From assembly GCA_030324005.1 (NCBI GenBank), contig JARDVH010000194.1:4130181-4194180 (forward strand): a DNA stretch of 64,000 bases, read 5' to 3'. Position numbers and translations under genes: made by a program. Under the pieces are notes generated by a model. It worked only from the letters and a program-made list of their open reading frames with translations. It searched no databases and was not told the DNA's origin. Of the stretch, positions 37,015 through 51,066 are shown piece after piece (position 1 is the stretch's first letter; every line of letters begins with the position of its first letter). Source of the DNA: Negaprion brevirostris (taxonomy: Eukaryota).

Positions 37015-37122
37015 TTGATTGCTACGAGGAAGACATTTCCATCGCTATATTGAACCCTTCATTTGAGGAGATTTGGGTCCAAAAGACAGCAACAATTGTT
37101 TGTGAAATCCGTTACACTGTGT
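37015..37122 (+). CDS. IgNAR: IgNAR constant domain C4 exon start, truncated by gap
   Basis: ttcctag acceptor; VDCYEEDISIAILNPSFEEIWVQKTATIVCEIRY, with the N-terminal Cys typical of C4. Confidence 0.9.
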
Positions 37123-37719
37123 NNNNNNNNNNNNNNNNNNNNNNNNNNNNNNNNNNNNNNNNNNNNNNNNNNNNNNNNNNNNNNNNNNNNNNNNNNNNNN
37201 NNNNNNNNNNNNNNNNNNNNNNGTGTGCCATGTTTCAACCGACCCCAAACTGATGCCAATGCCCTTGTAATGTGAAACATCTGTTCAAAATATTCACAGT
37301 TCCCATCGTAAAATATTTTACTTCGCTGCTGCTGCACTGACTATCCCTTAACAGCTGGAGTCATCAAGAGATTGCTTTCTTCCATGTTTTCCTGCAGGTG
37401 CCAATGCTGTTTCAAAGTACGTTCGTCGTTACTTCCCCTGATATGATTGTCTGAAAAATGGGCTGTGATTTTTTTTAACATCACAATGTTATCTTCAGTA
37501 TGCAGTGATGTTACTTCACACTACTGAGACAACCTACCATGAAAGACTCGTGTTTCTTGTTGCAGAAACACCAGTCAATTTGACTACCAACTTCTCTCAG
37601 GCATTTCATTTTTACGCTTTCCGATTTCATCGTTTACTTTTTAATAAATTCCTCAAAGTGACGTGCACGAGCACTCGGCAGCACCAGGCCAAGCTCTGCA
37701 AAGAGATCTGAATATGCAG

Positions 37720-38650
37720 TTTGCGTATTGAGCTTCACTGGAGCTTCACTGGAACATTGCAGCAAGCCAAGGACAGACATGTGAGCATGGGAACCAGATC
37801 GTGTGTTAAAATGGCAAGCAACCGGATGGTCAGGGTCCTGATTTCACACAGACTGAAGGTGCACAGCAACGTGATCACCCAGTCTATGCTTGGTCTCTCC
37901 GAAATAGAGGAGACTGCATTGGGAGTAGTGAATGCAATGCAGCAAATTGAAAAAAAAACTGGAAGTGAAATGCTGCTTAACCTGGAAATAGTGTTGGGCA
38001 GCACGGTAGCACTGCTGCTTCACAGTTTCAGGGACCGAGGTTCGATTCCCGGCTTGGGCCACTATCTGTGTGGAGTTTGCAAATTCTCCTCGTGTGTGCG
38101 TGGGTTTCCTGCGGATGCTCCGTATTCCTCCCAAAGTCGTGCGCGTTGATTGGTCATGCTAAATTGACCGTAGATGCATAGATTAGAGAGGATTCGTGAG
38201 TAAAATGTCTCCGGATTGGGGGTCGGGCCTTGGTGGGATTGCGGTCGGTTCAGACTTGATGGGCCGAAGGGTCTCTTTCTGTACTGTAGGGTTTCTGTGA
38301 TTCTATGACCCTGGACGGTAAGCATGGAAGAAGTAAAGGGGCACATGTTACAACTTCTGAGATTGCATGGGAATGTGCCATGAGCGACGAGCGTGATGCT
38401 GGGCATAATGGAGAAGTGGACAAGGTTATCCCGGAGGAAGAGGTCTCTCCGGAATGCTGACAGAGGGAGTGAAGGGATGACATGTTTGGTGGTGGCATCA
38501 CACTGGCGGAAATGACAGAGGATTATGCTTTGCATGTGAAGGCTGGTGCGGTGAAATTCAAAAGCAAAGGAGACTCCATCCTTTTTCTCGGGGAGAGGAA
38601 AGGGCGGAAGGGTCATGGCGTGGGAGAGTATGAAAGGTCGCTGGCAAAAG
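37720..38650 (-). mobile_element. Penelope-like element fragment interrupted by a SINE (+ strand, 37996-38308)
   Basis: LSAFRRDLFLRDNLV, GTFPCNLRSCNMCP and CSLLYFGETKHRLGDH (GIY-YIG). The SINE starts gggcagcacggtagc and has a ggttcgattcc B-box. Confidence 0.8.
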
Positions 38651-39333
38651 TAAGGATGGTATTGCATTAAATTGTCAAAAAGACATGAAAATACATTTCA
38701 ATAATGCAGACGTATTCAGCTTGTACATAAAGGAATGACGCATTCTGTGAATGGAAACATTTTTGAGGATCTATTGTTCGACGGGTCGGAATAATAAGTC
38801 AGAATAAAACAGACACGGTAATGTTATGTGTCGATAGCCAGATAGCAGATTGCTTCAAATCCATCAGTTGAAAAATGTTGAAGATTTTTTTTTCAGACCA
38901 ACAGGCATTCAGTAAGCAGAAAATGGTGAATCACATCAAATTTGAAATTGCATGTTCAGATCATATCAAATCCAGATAGTCAGCACCAGGTGTGCTAACA
39001 AGCAATCACTTATTCTAAAAATCATCACATTTTCCCCCCGAAACATTCTAAATTAGTGTTGTATTTATAAAAGTGAAATCATACAATTCAATTCTCATTT
39101 ATAAGGTTAAGAAGGCACCTGACTTAGTGAGATTTTCTCTTCTTCGGATTACGGTTGTTGATTGGGGATGATAGGTGCCCGAATCCAGAATCTTCTTCAT
39201 CTTTCACAATCATAATATCTGATATATTTATTACTGTGTCTGAGCTTTCTGGATTGTTCCCTTGGATTGTATTTCAACTGTCTCCTTAAATAACTCACGT
39301 GGTTTAATTGCATTATTTTTTCCTCCACTGCAG

Positions 39334-39342
39334 GTGAAATAG
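39334..39342 (+). CDS. IgNAR: Probable terminal membrane exon of IgNAR (GTG AAA TAG = V-K-stop)
   Basis: Strong acceptor ttttttcctccactgcag followed by VK*, the end of the KVK cytoplasmic tail of membrane Ig heavy chains. Confidence 0.65.
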   Translation: MK

Positions 39343-40858
39343 CCGTTGCTTGGCTTGAAGAGACTTCTGGCACATATTCAAAGAGAACGTCTCTCTCATT
39401 CCGAACCCTGCTTGTTTCAAATTGTTTCACCCTATCAGAAGTCCCGCTGCTCCACAGCGACCCCTCATCATTTGTTTCTATCAATTCTCATCCAATCCAT
39501 GTCAACTTGTTTGCTTTATTTTCTTTAATTGGCTTATAATGTTCGGTTAAGCATTATTGGTTAAACAAAGCAGTGTTTCGGTAAAATCCCATTAAGCCAA
39601 TTGAAATTAATTGTAAATACGTCACTGAATGATGCGCTAAGTTTATTTTGCTTTTGAAATAGAAGTTGCCTTGCTTTGCTCCTTTGTATGTTAAACTTTT
39701 CCAGTCAAATTGAATTGAAAAATGTGAAATGATTAATGTCCTTACCACATCATGATCACATCGACAAACCGCTGTTGTTGTAGAACTTGACCTTGGATGA
39801 GTTTATGCTCATGAGCTGCAACCGAAGGTCGAAGCATTCTCTGTGAATAAAAACACATTGGAGTAATCAACCAATGACATTCGTTGAGCAGATTGGAGAC
39901 ACGATGAACCAGAGGAATACGTTTCTCTATAGTCCAACCCTACTTTACAATCCTATTGTGCAAGGAAATGTTGTCTTTGTTTGGCATTTTTTAAAATCAT
40001 AATAGTTAACCTATCGTAGCTGAAAATAGCATGTTTGAAATAGAGACTGAGACATTTTGAAGAATTGTGTTGACACAGCTCACATGCAGAACCCAGAGGA
40101 GCACAAAATTGCATCATAGCTTACCATGGATACATGCTTAGTATACACAACTGTTCCTGGCATACTGACAATACTCCACCCTTGCAGACACCAAATCGAA
40201 CCGAAAGGCTGAAATGCCTCCTGACTAGCTACTCAAATTTCTGAAGGAACAGCAATTTAAATGCTGATTCTTGATTCAAGGCATGCTTCCGGATTCTTCA
40301 GGAACCTTGCTATTTTTTGATCAAGAGTGCTTCCAGGCTAATTTGTCTGGGTCTGAGCAAAATTATAACGCATCATAAGAGTAACTGTTCTCAATAATGT
40401 AAGGAAGAACCTGCAGCATATCCTGTGAAGCATATGCCCAAAGTGAGAAAGTAGATTCTCTCCTGTATATAATTTTAAGCACAAATCCTAACTTGTCATG
40501 TACTTATCAATTGTCATGTAAAATGAATGAAAGTTATAACTAAGGAATATTTTGTTTTTGCAGTGCGAATTTTGTGTATTCTGTACAATAATTGGCCGTT
40601 ATATTACACAATGTGTGACATGAACCTTCACTTTGCGGCTAATGATCGTTTGTTGATTTTATCTGAAATGTAATATTTGCACTGACTTGTCTAAGTGAAA
40701 TGACAGAAATATTGGAAATTTTTGCCCAGTTGATGGATTTGTGGGTATTGCGTATTCTCTTCAAGAGATTTTGTACTAACCGTTGTTTTGAATTTTGATG
40801 TCGTATTTTTGTGTGGAAGCAATTTCTAGACTCTCGAAAGGTAAATGACGTAAAATGT

Positions 40859-40864
40859 AATAAA
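40859..40864 (+). terminator. Candidate poly(A) signal of the membrane-form transcript (alternative AATAAA at 39846-39851)
   Basis: AATAAA overlapping an upstream TGTA and followed by GT-rich sequence. Confidence 0.4.
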
Positions 40865-42744
40865 GTGTGTGTTTCGAACTCGATTCCGTGTTTCTTTCCA
40901 TTGAATATACCAGTTTATATCGAACACATGCTTTTCTGTTAAACATAGTTGAGGATTTTGTGTCCTTCGGTGATTAACTCAATGAATCTCATGCGTAAAC
41001 ATTTTAAATGCTGAAACATGAAAAAGTAAATAATGCACCAACACATAAAGTTTCAGACAACAACGAACTTTGTAAGCCCCGTTCATTTGCAGGAGCCATT
41101 TAATGGACCAGTACAGCACGTTGGAAATAATCCTGAATATTGAACACGTCGATTAGGAAGTATAACATTTACTAAAACACACTTCATGACTTCGACATCA
41201 AACTTACAAGCTCCGCACTGATAATTATTTTGATAAATTAACAATCTCATTTACTATAGTCCGCTTGCACTTTATATAAGCCTTACGGTGCAAAAAAAAA
41301 CACCAGTCCATCGAGCATGCAGCGACAACAATCCCACCCAAGCCTGAACACCATAATCCTACGTATTTAGCTTGCTAATGCCCCTGACACTAAGGGGTAA
41401 TTTGGCAGGGCCAATGGACATAGCCTGTGTTTTTTTGCTAGTTCCGTAGAGTTCAAATAATTAAGTATGTTTTGCAGGAGCACAACATGAGACGAATGCG
41501 TCAGTTTGGAACAGGAATGGGAATGAAGTTAGAATATTAGTGCAGTTGGGAGACATTAATTTGTTCACGGGATGTTGCTCCGTCGATCATCATTTATTGA
41601 CCATGTCGAAATACCCTTTAAACAGTGATGGCGGTCCTGTTCATTGAAGTGCTTGGCCCGTGTGTTTCAGGCATAACCTCACTGATATTCGGAAGGCAAT
41701 CAGAAGAGTTTTGTCCAGGAACAACGAATGAAAGGCAAATTATTTGACAGACAGAAATGTGTGGGTTTCGGAACGCAAGATGCTGTCATAGCGAACCTGG
41801 TGCGTTGTTGCAGTGTGCATCTTGTAGTGGTGCATACTGCTGACACTACCAGTCGCCGATTGAGGGAGTGAATGAATTCAGTGGTGCAGAAAGTGCCAAT
41901 CCAGCGGCCACGATTCTCTGGATGATGTTGGGTTTACTGAATATTGTTGGAGCTGCATTCACCCAGGTTATTGACAAGTCTTCCATCGAACTCCTGAACT
42001 GCACTTGTCGATGATCGGGGGCCCTCAGTTGATTTGCTGACAGCACAGTGCACAGCCTGTGACCTGATTTTTCTGATAAGATCCAATTGGCTGGCTCAGT
42101 TCAGTCTCGCAACTGTAGTAATCCCCATAATGTTGATGGTGGGTATTAGCGATTTTTATGGCATGCAGTTGTGGGCGGAGATGGTTCCATTTTCTATTAT
42201 TTAGCTAATTATTGAAGTAAACACGTTTATGTATTTATTGTCACACGTAGACTTGCATTACCACTGCAATGAAGTTACTCTGAAAATCCCCGAGTCTGCA
42301 CACTCTGGTGCCGGCTGGCGTCCATTGAGGAAAATTTTAGCATGATAAATGTGACTGACAGGTCTGGAAATGTTGGAAATGTTTATTGACTGACACTCAT
42401 ATGGAACGAATATTACTCGCCATTTATCAATCCAAACCTGGATATCATGCTGTCATAGAATCACTTCAGCACAGAAAGAGGCCATTCTGCCCATCGAGTC
42501 GTGTTTTTTCAAGCTGTGTTTTAGATTGCCATTCAATCTTTGGAACGAATCTTCAAATCTGCACGCTCGTCCAGAATTTTATTTGACTTTAAAGTCTCTG
42601 TCACATTCAACAGCAGCCTCAATCTATCTTATTTATTATAGCTGAAAGCAAAATCGGCCGTTGCAAGCTTTGTATGACTGATCAGCTCTCTGCAGAAGCA
42701 TAGGATTGAGAATACAGTTTCAGACGATGAGTTGCCCTGCAAAG

Positions 42745-43138
42745 GACAAAGAACAAAAACAAAGAAAATTGCAGCACAAGAACAGGCACTTCGGCCCTCT
42801 AAGCCTGCGCCAAACATGTTGCCCGGCCTAACTGAAACCCCCTACTCTTTCAGGGACCATATCCCTCTATTCCCATCCTATTCATGTGCTTGTCAAGATG
42901 CCCCTTAAAAGTCACTACAATATCCACTTCCACTACCTCCCCCAGCAACAAGTTCCAGGCACCCACTAGCCTCTGTATAAAAAATCTGCTTTGTAGCTCT
43001 CTAAACCTTGCCCCTTGCATTTTAAACCTGTGCCCCCGAGTAATTGACTCTTCCACCCTGAGAAAAAGCTTCTGACTATCCACTCTGTCCACGCCTCTCA
43101 TAATCTTGTAGACTTCTATCAGGTCTCCCCTCAACCTC
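42745..43138 (-). mobile_element. CR1 LINE 3' end
   Basis: RGDLIEVYKIMRGVDRV...TRGHRFK...GIEGYGP. Confidence 0.9.
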
Positions 43139-43238
43139 NNNNNNNNNNNNNNNNNNNNNNNNNNNNNNNNNNNNNNNNNNNNNNNNNNNNNNNNNNNNNN
43201 NNNNNNNNNNNNNNNNNNNNNNNNNNNNNNNNNNNNNN

Positions 43239-43754
43239 TGGGGTCTTTTAAAAGACTTCTGGATGAGTATATGGGATTTAATGGGATTGGGGGTTATAGA
43301 TAGGTCTATGGATTGTTGGGTATTGATGTGATCGGCGCAACTTGTGGGCCGAAGGGCCTGTTTGTGCTGTAGTGTTCTATGTTAAACGCTGCGTAGTTGA
43401 AAATGAGTAGATTCATGTTGGCGGCATGTAGGTAGCATAGTGGTTATCTCTGCTGCTTCACAGCTCCAGGGACCTGGGTCCGATTCCCGGCTTGGGTCAC
43501 TGCCTGTATGGAGTTTGCACATTCTCCTCGTGTCGGCGCGGGTTTCCTTCGGTTTCTTCTCTCAGTCCAAAGATATGCGGGTTAGGTTGATTGGCCACGC
43601 TAAAAATTGTCTCTTAGAGCCCTGACATGCGTAAGTGAGATGGATTGGCGGTTAAATATCTATGGATATGGGGGTAGAGCCTTGGTGGGATTGTAGTTGG
43701 TGCAGACTCGATGGGCCAAAAGGCCTCTTTCTGCACTGTAGGTATTCTATGATG
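43239..43754 (+). mobile_element. CR1 3' end (43239-43385) followed by a full tRNA-SINE (43420-43754)
   Basis: tagcatagtggtta A-box-like and gtccgattccc B-box-like sequence, family body and ttctatgatg tail. Confidence 0.8.
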
Positions 43755-44518
43755 TGCAATGTAAAGTTGAAGTTTGATAAAAGAAACAGCCACTTGTTCA
43801 CATCCTATGTAGTTAATAAAGTTCCTGAAAACAAAAAGCATTTAAACTTGAACATTTGAGGGTAATGAATTCGAAGTCCAGTTGTAAAGGAATAAACTGC
43901 GCAAATGTTGTCTGATATTATCTTCGGAATCTATTAAAGTGTTGCTGTTAAACAACTTGCATCAAACCTTTCACATGATCCGAAATACCATGGAACAATT
44001 TCCCTATGCACAAAAACATCCGCGCTGGCTAAAAGCACCAGTTCAAAATGGAAGGATGAACACAAAACATCGCATCACAGAAACTGAATTCAGGAGAATG
44101 CATTTTGCTGTTTTCCTAAAACACAATCATGATACATGGCATTGCGGTGAAGAACGAAACTAAATCAAGTAATCTAGAGGACCAAAATAAGCGATGATGA
44201 TTTGTTTGTGCCCTTTTGTTCTTGATGTACTTAAAGCAAGATGTTTACTTACATATTACAGCATTTGGGGCCACCTAGCGACCAAATACTGCTAGGTCAC
44301 CGCTAAAGGAACAGAGGGTGATGCTTTTCAATACAGATCATGTCTGCTTTATATTTCGTCTGTACTTACACACCTCAGATTTGAATGCCTTGGTAAGCTA
44401 AGGAAATTATTATCTCGACATCACAGTGAGATTTTATTTTCAACTTGTGAGCAAACAAGTTTTGATTTAATGAAAGCTCTATTTCGTGTTAGGCTTACAT
44501 CAACACTGCAATTAAGTT

Positions 44519-44808
44519 TACTGTGACAATCTTTTATTCTCCTTATTCTGGGTCCGGTACACTGAGCGAGAATTTTGCATGGCCAATCCACCTAGTCTGC
44601 ACATTTTTGGACTGTGCGAAGAAACCGGAGCAACCAGAGGAAACCCACGCAGAGAGGGGTATTGGCGGGGTGGGGGGTGGGTGTGATGGTATTGTTGGGG
44701 GAGAGGGGATTTGCAGTCTCCACACAGACCGTGAGGCAAGCCGAGATTCGAACCCAGGTCCTTGGTGGTGTGAGACAGCAGTGCTGATCATGGTGGCACC
44801 TTGCCGAC
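44519..44808 (-). mobile_element. tRNA-derived SINE
   Basis: gagattcgaacccaggtcc (reverse B-box) and family body. Confidence 0.75.
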
Positions 44809-46164
44809 CTTATTCGGTTAGGATTTGTGATTTTTTGCATTAGTTGTGTCTTTCAGTTTAAGCGTAATTGATATTACTGCAGTTAATATTTTAGGAAACT
44901 AAATTTTAGGTTTTTTAAAAAAATGCCTGCTTTGTTATTGAGCTTTTACAACTTTATATAAAAAACAAAAAGTTTAAATCTAGCTTACGTATAATAACAT
45001 TGATTCCGAAAGGAAACAGAAAGTAATTTACCTTAGTTGAAAGAAAGTGGCCTATAATCAAGCATGTATTCACATAGCCTGTGGAATAGATAAGTAGGGA
45101 GACTGCAGAGAACAGGCACAAACTGATTCACAGAAAGGTCCCAAAACCAGTGGGGTCGTGGGGTGCGCAATACGAGGTTCCAATAAGACCTTTCAATGGA
45201 TCAAGATCAACAGGAACCGGAAACAGGTCCTGTTGCATGTGGTTCAGTGTGAGGGGCAATAGAATACTGCCAAAAATTCTCAGCTGCAGGAAGCAGGAAG
45301 CAGGAGTACAGAATACCAAGTCCACGGAAAATGTGGGAGAAACATTATTTTTGTCTTCCAGACTATTGGAGTTCCTTTGGTCTGTCTGGGTATATGACAG
45401 ATTGTGGAACATGAGTGAACATGGCCATCCGCAGGAAAGGAACCTCAGTCGTAAATGATACAGCCCTGGGGGAGTAACGTTAGTGACCACACCCGAGGGA
45501 AAATTTCGTTTGGAAGCAAGTTCTGAAATGTTTTCTTCCAGAGTGAAGACCGGAAACTCTGGTGTGAAGGACGTAGCTTCAGCAAGGTCAGCTAGTTCTG
45601 CAGTGTTATAGGCGTTTGGGAGAATTGATGAACAAATCAGAGGTAGAATTGAATGGCATCTACCACTTGGTTTCACAGGATGCACGCCTTTGACTATTGA
45701 ATTACACGGACTGTGAAATTATAAGGAAAATTCATGTGTAAGAATGAATCTGTAAGTTGCGCTTGCCTTACAGACCTGTATATAATTCTGGAAGTATCAC
45801 TGGGATGAAAAGGTAGTATATTCTGGTGCATCTTTCAGAGTTTAACAAAGGTTTTCTTATTTTGGCAAAATCAATCCCGTGACTGTTCAGTCGCCTTCTG
45901 CCACGTATCCACACAATCAAATTCAGGATCTATCAAGCCGAATTCCACCCTGGAATCTGTCTTATGCAGTCGGAGAGAGATGAAGGAAGAGAAAGTGGGT
46001 GAGAGAGAGAGAGAGTAACTGTATGATCTCGTCGTCCATGAACATAGTTGTGAAGTAGTTCTTTCCACGTGCACGCCTGAATAGTACAAATGTGTAATTG
46101 TGCTACCTTGTCAGATTTTATCTAGGCCGAGAAAGTAGGCTCAACATATCCTCTGTATTTGATT

Positions 46165-46500
46165 TGTTGCACTAGCTCGCACTGCTGTCGTGCATTGCAC
46201 GGGACCTGGAATCAATTCCGAGCTCGGGTGACTGGGTGGAGTTTGCACGTTCTCCCCGTATCATCACGGGTTTCCGCAGTGTGCTCAGCTTTCCTCTCAC
46301 ACTCCAATGATGGATATGTCCGCTGGATTGACATTTAACTCGAGCCTTCGTTCTCCAAAGAGGGGAAGAATAGATGTATTCGCCATGGAAAATCTGTGGG
46401 GTTACGTGGATAGTCTGGCGTGTTGGGCCTGGGAAATTTATTCTGTCAGATTTGGTGCATAGTCGATGGCTCTCGTGGCCTTCTTCTGCATTGTAGCGAG
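46165..46500 (+). mobile_element. Old tRNA-derived SINE
   Basis: gggacctggaatcaattcc...gtggagtttgcacgttctcccc...gccttcttctgcattgtag. Confidence 0.7.
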
Positions 46501-49500
46501 TATATAATGATTTAAAATTTACAATTTGATCACTGCCCACCCTCCACATATAGTGAAACAATAATTCAACTCTTTAAGCTCTGTTAATTTTGTTTCGTTC
46601 AGCCTTAATGGTAAATCTGCAAGGCAGGTCAGAAATGAATGCCCTCCAATTCCGGCTGTGCAACACTCTGTACAGTGAGACCTTACTTCCTGAATAGAGC
46701 AGCAGCCTTCAGTGGAACGTAAACGTTTAATTCAGCCCATAATTTGTGTTTAAGTTTATCTACGTCTAGGTTATGCTGGCTTTCAGAACCTGATCGAATA
46801 TATCTTTCTCCATTCGATAATGAATGTTACCAGCATTTCCCATCTTGGTCTGTAATTGTCACAATCTGCCCAATTTGTCAATCCTTCTCTACCACTTCTC
46901 AATCCCCAGTACCAACCACAGTAATTAGCTGAGCGTCCTCCCTCGCACAGGACGTTGTCCATTCAGTCAGGGAGCTGCAATATACTTTCTAACTATGCGG
47001 TTGCCTTCAGGATGGCGCACCAGAGATTTGCAGCAAGCCCGCGGTGTGCCTTTGCCTCGGCCACGTGTGCAGAGTTCTGTCTCAAATAAAACAAGACATC
47101 TCACCTCTGGTTTGCCCAACTCTTTCTGTATTTGGTGGATTTCGGTCATCACATCAAATCTCTCTCTTCCACCGTCTTTCAACTTCATTGCTTTTGTTTG
47201 CATCTTTTTTCTTTTCATCCTTGACAGTGAATATGGAAGCGATTACTCACTGTGTACTTTAAATATCCGCAAGGTAAAATTTGTCTTCACATATTGTTAC
47301 TATCAGTTCCGGTTCCTCACTATAATTCCTTTGAGTTAAATGCCTGAAGTTGACGGCAGACAATGACACTGGATGATTCTCCTATTCCCCTCTGGGCGCC
47401 AGGGAACTGTCCATCAAGGCAAATTTATGAACGTTACTTCATGACCAGGAAACAATGACCCGAAATCCAAGATAATTGAAAGAGCAATAAAACATGAAAA
47501 AAAAACATTCACCTTCGGAACTATTCGTCTGATTTTCACTCTCAACACTTTCCTTCCCCACGACCACAAGCAAAAGCTAACGGTGACAAGTCACAGCAAT
47601 GTCTCAGATGCAGTGTTTGAGTGCTGATGCTGCTTGTGCGGGTATCCGTTTCCTGAGTTTTATTCTTTTGTTTCCAGAAAGTTTACCATGGAGACATCAA
47701 TGCCGTCACAGGTCATTCTGGTGTTGTTCTCCGTCCTTAGAAAATAAATCACAAACCAAAGAACATAAAAGTCAATTTATGATCAATATTGTTGATCATC
47801 TAATACCACTATTAACATATTAGAGCGTGTAACACAATTCAAATGTTCTAAGATTTATTTCGCCCTGATTGTGAAGTTGTGACCCTCGTTATTTCTTCAT
47901 TCCCTTGGGAATATTTTGCCGGAAGTGAGTTCCTGCGAATATCACTGAGCATCAGTACCGCTTTTTTTCCATATCATGTTTGCAAGAACCAGCTCCAATT
48001 TTTCACAGAAGTGTCATTTTACATCCTTGGTGTGAGTCCTCCCTTTACTTGAAATTATTTGTTGAGTTATTTTTATAAATTAACATTTGATCTTTCTCAC
48101 AACTAAACATGAAGTTTGCTCAATATTTTGCCGATTTTCCGTGATCATGATGATGCAACATTTGTGGTATTTCAGCCTTCCTCCTTTGCAAGGCATATGG
48201 TTTCTGTGCATGAAGAATAAATTTCAAGTTGACCACCAAAACTTTGATCCAAACTGTATGAAATGAAGAAGTTATTTTGAAATCACATCAGCTGTTCTGT
48301 TTGCATGAAAAACGGCGGAGCTCCAGACCAGGAAATTGAGTTTAGTCAATAATTGGAACTAATACCAGCTGGAGGAAATTTATATGGTAGTTTTCTGATT
48401 CAGTGAGGATCACAAGAAGAGAGCTGGCTGCGACATTAGGGTGGCAATATTGCTGGAGTATAGGGTGAATTTGTGGGGGAAATTTCTTCACGAAGTCCGG
48501 TATTAGATGTTTGTTGGACGACAGAGGCATATAATGTAGTTTATCCCTCTCTCTCTCTCTCCCTCTTTCTTGAAAAACTTTCATTAATTATGTGACAGTG
48601 AAGGTTTTCAACATTTCTTTTTGCAAAATTCCGCAGTACGTCTTTGATCCTGTCAACCTGTTTATATTTCTCACCATATTAGGGGCCAGCAAAGAACTTT
48701 AATATGGTAGGATTTGACGATGATGTATTCGGTAGGCTATCACAGTGTTGCAAATTTCGATATTTCTCATCAGAAACCTAAAACGTCTTCTTGCATTTGA
48801 AGTTTTTTTTTTCCTGAACGTTGAATACCCATTGAAACATGTTTTCGAGATTGATGTAATTGTTATTGGTGTAATGAAATTTTGTAATATTGAGTACGGC
48901 TAGGATTTCGGCAAGGAATGTTGATTCGAAAGATGCCATGGATGATGGTGCAATCTTCCTTGCAGATATTTCAGAGGTTGAAGCTGATATTGGGCTTGCT
49001 GTCCTTGATAAAATATAATCAGACACTCCATACACAGGAGGCTTTCAGAGAGGGTTTTCATTTGGGATGTCCAGATAAATTGCATCTTCTTTCCAAAGCG
49101 TAATCACAAAATTAAAGTAATTTTCGAAATCAATTTAAAGGCAGTGAGAAAAAATTCCTCAAATTGAAATTTGGTACAATCTGGAAGACGTGAACTTATG
49201 GAGTCGTAGAAGAAAATTTCTTAGAAAGTTGATGTACAATTGCACATTCCGGGGAAAAGGACATATTGATGTGAACAAAGACATGTAAACAGAGCACATT
49301 GAGGTCGATAGCTAAAACGCCCAATGACTTTGGTGCTTTCACAAAGCACGTCGTGCAAGGCCAAGCCTGGGAGCAAAAACATATTGGGAAGTGGTCCTAT
49401 GAAATAGGGAAAACAGATGATTCTTGAAATAATGGCACCCTGCCTCATGCTGTCTGTAAATTTTTGAGCACGAAACAATAATGGGCAGGGTTAGAATTGA

Positions 49501-50429
49501 AACAGTAAGCTGCCCAATTGATTTTCAACTGCTTAAGTGTCTCATTGTTGTCCAGTTGGCTACAGTTTTCTTCAGAGATTGTTTTTTTCTCCGAGTTTGT
49601 TGTCTCCCAACGCATTGGCTATGAAATGATTGTTCTGTACTCGGGAATCCTGAGGTAATTTTGAATGTACTGTAATCTTTAATAGAGTTATTGGGCAATA
49701 GGAACAATTTTGGAATTATGCAGGTGTAATCATTAAGTCTGGAAGAGTGAATATGGCGGTTAGTGCATACAGAGTTATGAAGAGAGATATGAAGATGGGT
49801 TTGGAATTGTTACGTGATTTATTGAAGGTTTAGTACAGGTCTATTGAGAGTGCCTGTGTCAGTGGATTTGCATTGTTCTGTTACCGAATTGTAGAGTACA
49901 AAGGTGGTTGGGAAAATAACATATGACTTAAATAGGGTCATGGGAGAGAATGGGCCTGTTGGAATCGTGTTGAGTTGATACATATCCCTGAATGGACCAA
50001 TCTTTTGACCCTTTTCTACAATTCGAGATAACAGTGTACCTGGTTGTAAAATTCACACATGTGCTTTGGTGACATATCTTTTGAAACAATTTGTGGAGCA
50101 GATCTTCGACTTAAGATTATACATTGAGCGAATAGCTTTGAATGTTTTTTGGAAAGGGTTGCTCAGCTCCAGCATAATTTTCCCGGAAAAGCATTCCATA
50201 TCAATGCTCTGAGAGGCCTAACATTCAGTTGGAGGCCATGTCCACATTCTTCAGTGCACATCTCCAAAAACAGAAAGATCTGGTTGCCTCGAACGACTCA
50301 TTTTTTAAAGAAAGCTGTCAAATTCCCATTTAGGAATTTAGAATACGTGGAATAATAGCCGAGTTTCTGGACTTTCTATTCATGATGTAATACTGCAACG
50401 CCTGCTAACATTAAAGTATGTCAAAGATT

Positions 50430-50966
50430 AAAGAGATCAAAGAAGATTACAGCAGAGGAACAGACCCTTCGGCCCTTCTAGTCTGCACCGACCATGCTGC
50501 CCGACTGAACTAAAACCCCCTACGCTTCTGGGGACCGAACCCATCTATTCCCATCCTATTGATGTATTTGTCAAGATAAGCCACGACCGATTCTGCTTCC
50601 ACTACCTCCCCTGGCAGTGAGGTCCAGGCGCCCAGCACCCTGTGTGTAAAGAAAACTTGCCTCTTACATTTCCTTTAAACCTTGTCCTTCGCACCTTAAA
50701 CCTATGCCTCCTAGTAGTTGACTCCTCCACCATGGGACAAAAAAAAACTTCTGACTCTCCAACCTGTCCATGCCTCTCATAATCTTGTCGACCTCTATCA
50801 GTTCGCCTCTCAAGCTTTGTCATTTTACTGAGAACAAACCATGTTTCTCCAACCACTCCTCATAGCTAATGCCCTCCATACCAGGCAATATCCTCGTAAA
50901 TCTTTTCTGTACCCTCTCCAAAGCCTCCACATCCTTCTGGTAGTGTGGAGACCAGAATTGAGCACT
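50430..50966 (-). mobile_element. CR1 LINE 3' portion
   Basis: ESTTRRHRFKVR...; same family as 42745-43138. Confidence 0.85.
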
Positions 50967-51066
50967 NNNNNNNNNNNNNNNNNNNNNNNNNNNNNNNNNN
51001 NNNNNNNNNNNNNNNNNNNNNNNNNNNNNNNNNNNNNNNNNNNNNNNNNNNNNNNNNNNNNNNNNN

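Noticed and set aside
37996-38060. tRNA genes suggested by A-box and B-box motifs
   Set aside because: They are heads of tRNA-derived SINEs followed by the family body; no complete cloverleaf.
46995-47339. Hydrophobic ORF (FNFIAFVCIFFLFIL) as the Ig transmembrane exon
   Set aside because: Lacks the TFIVLFxLSxxY motif, lies downstream of the VK-stop exon, and reflects a pyrimidine tract.
45550-49280. Homeodomain-like (LAEATSFTPE, GNKRIK) and nuclear-receptor-like (YNCTFRGKGHID) snippets
   Set aside because: Isolated short resemblances without the invariant WF-N-R or paired Cys residues.
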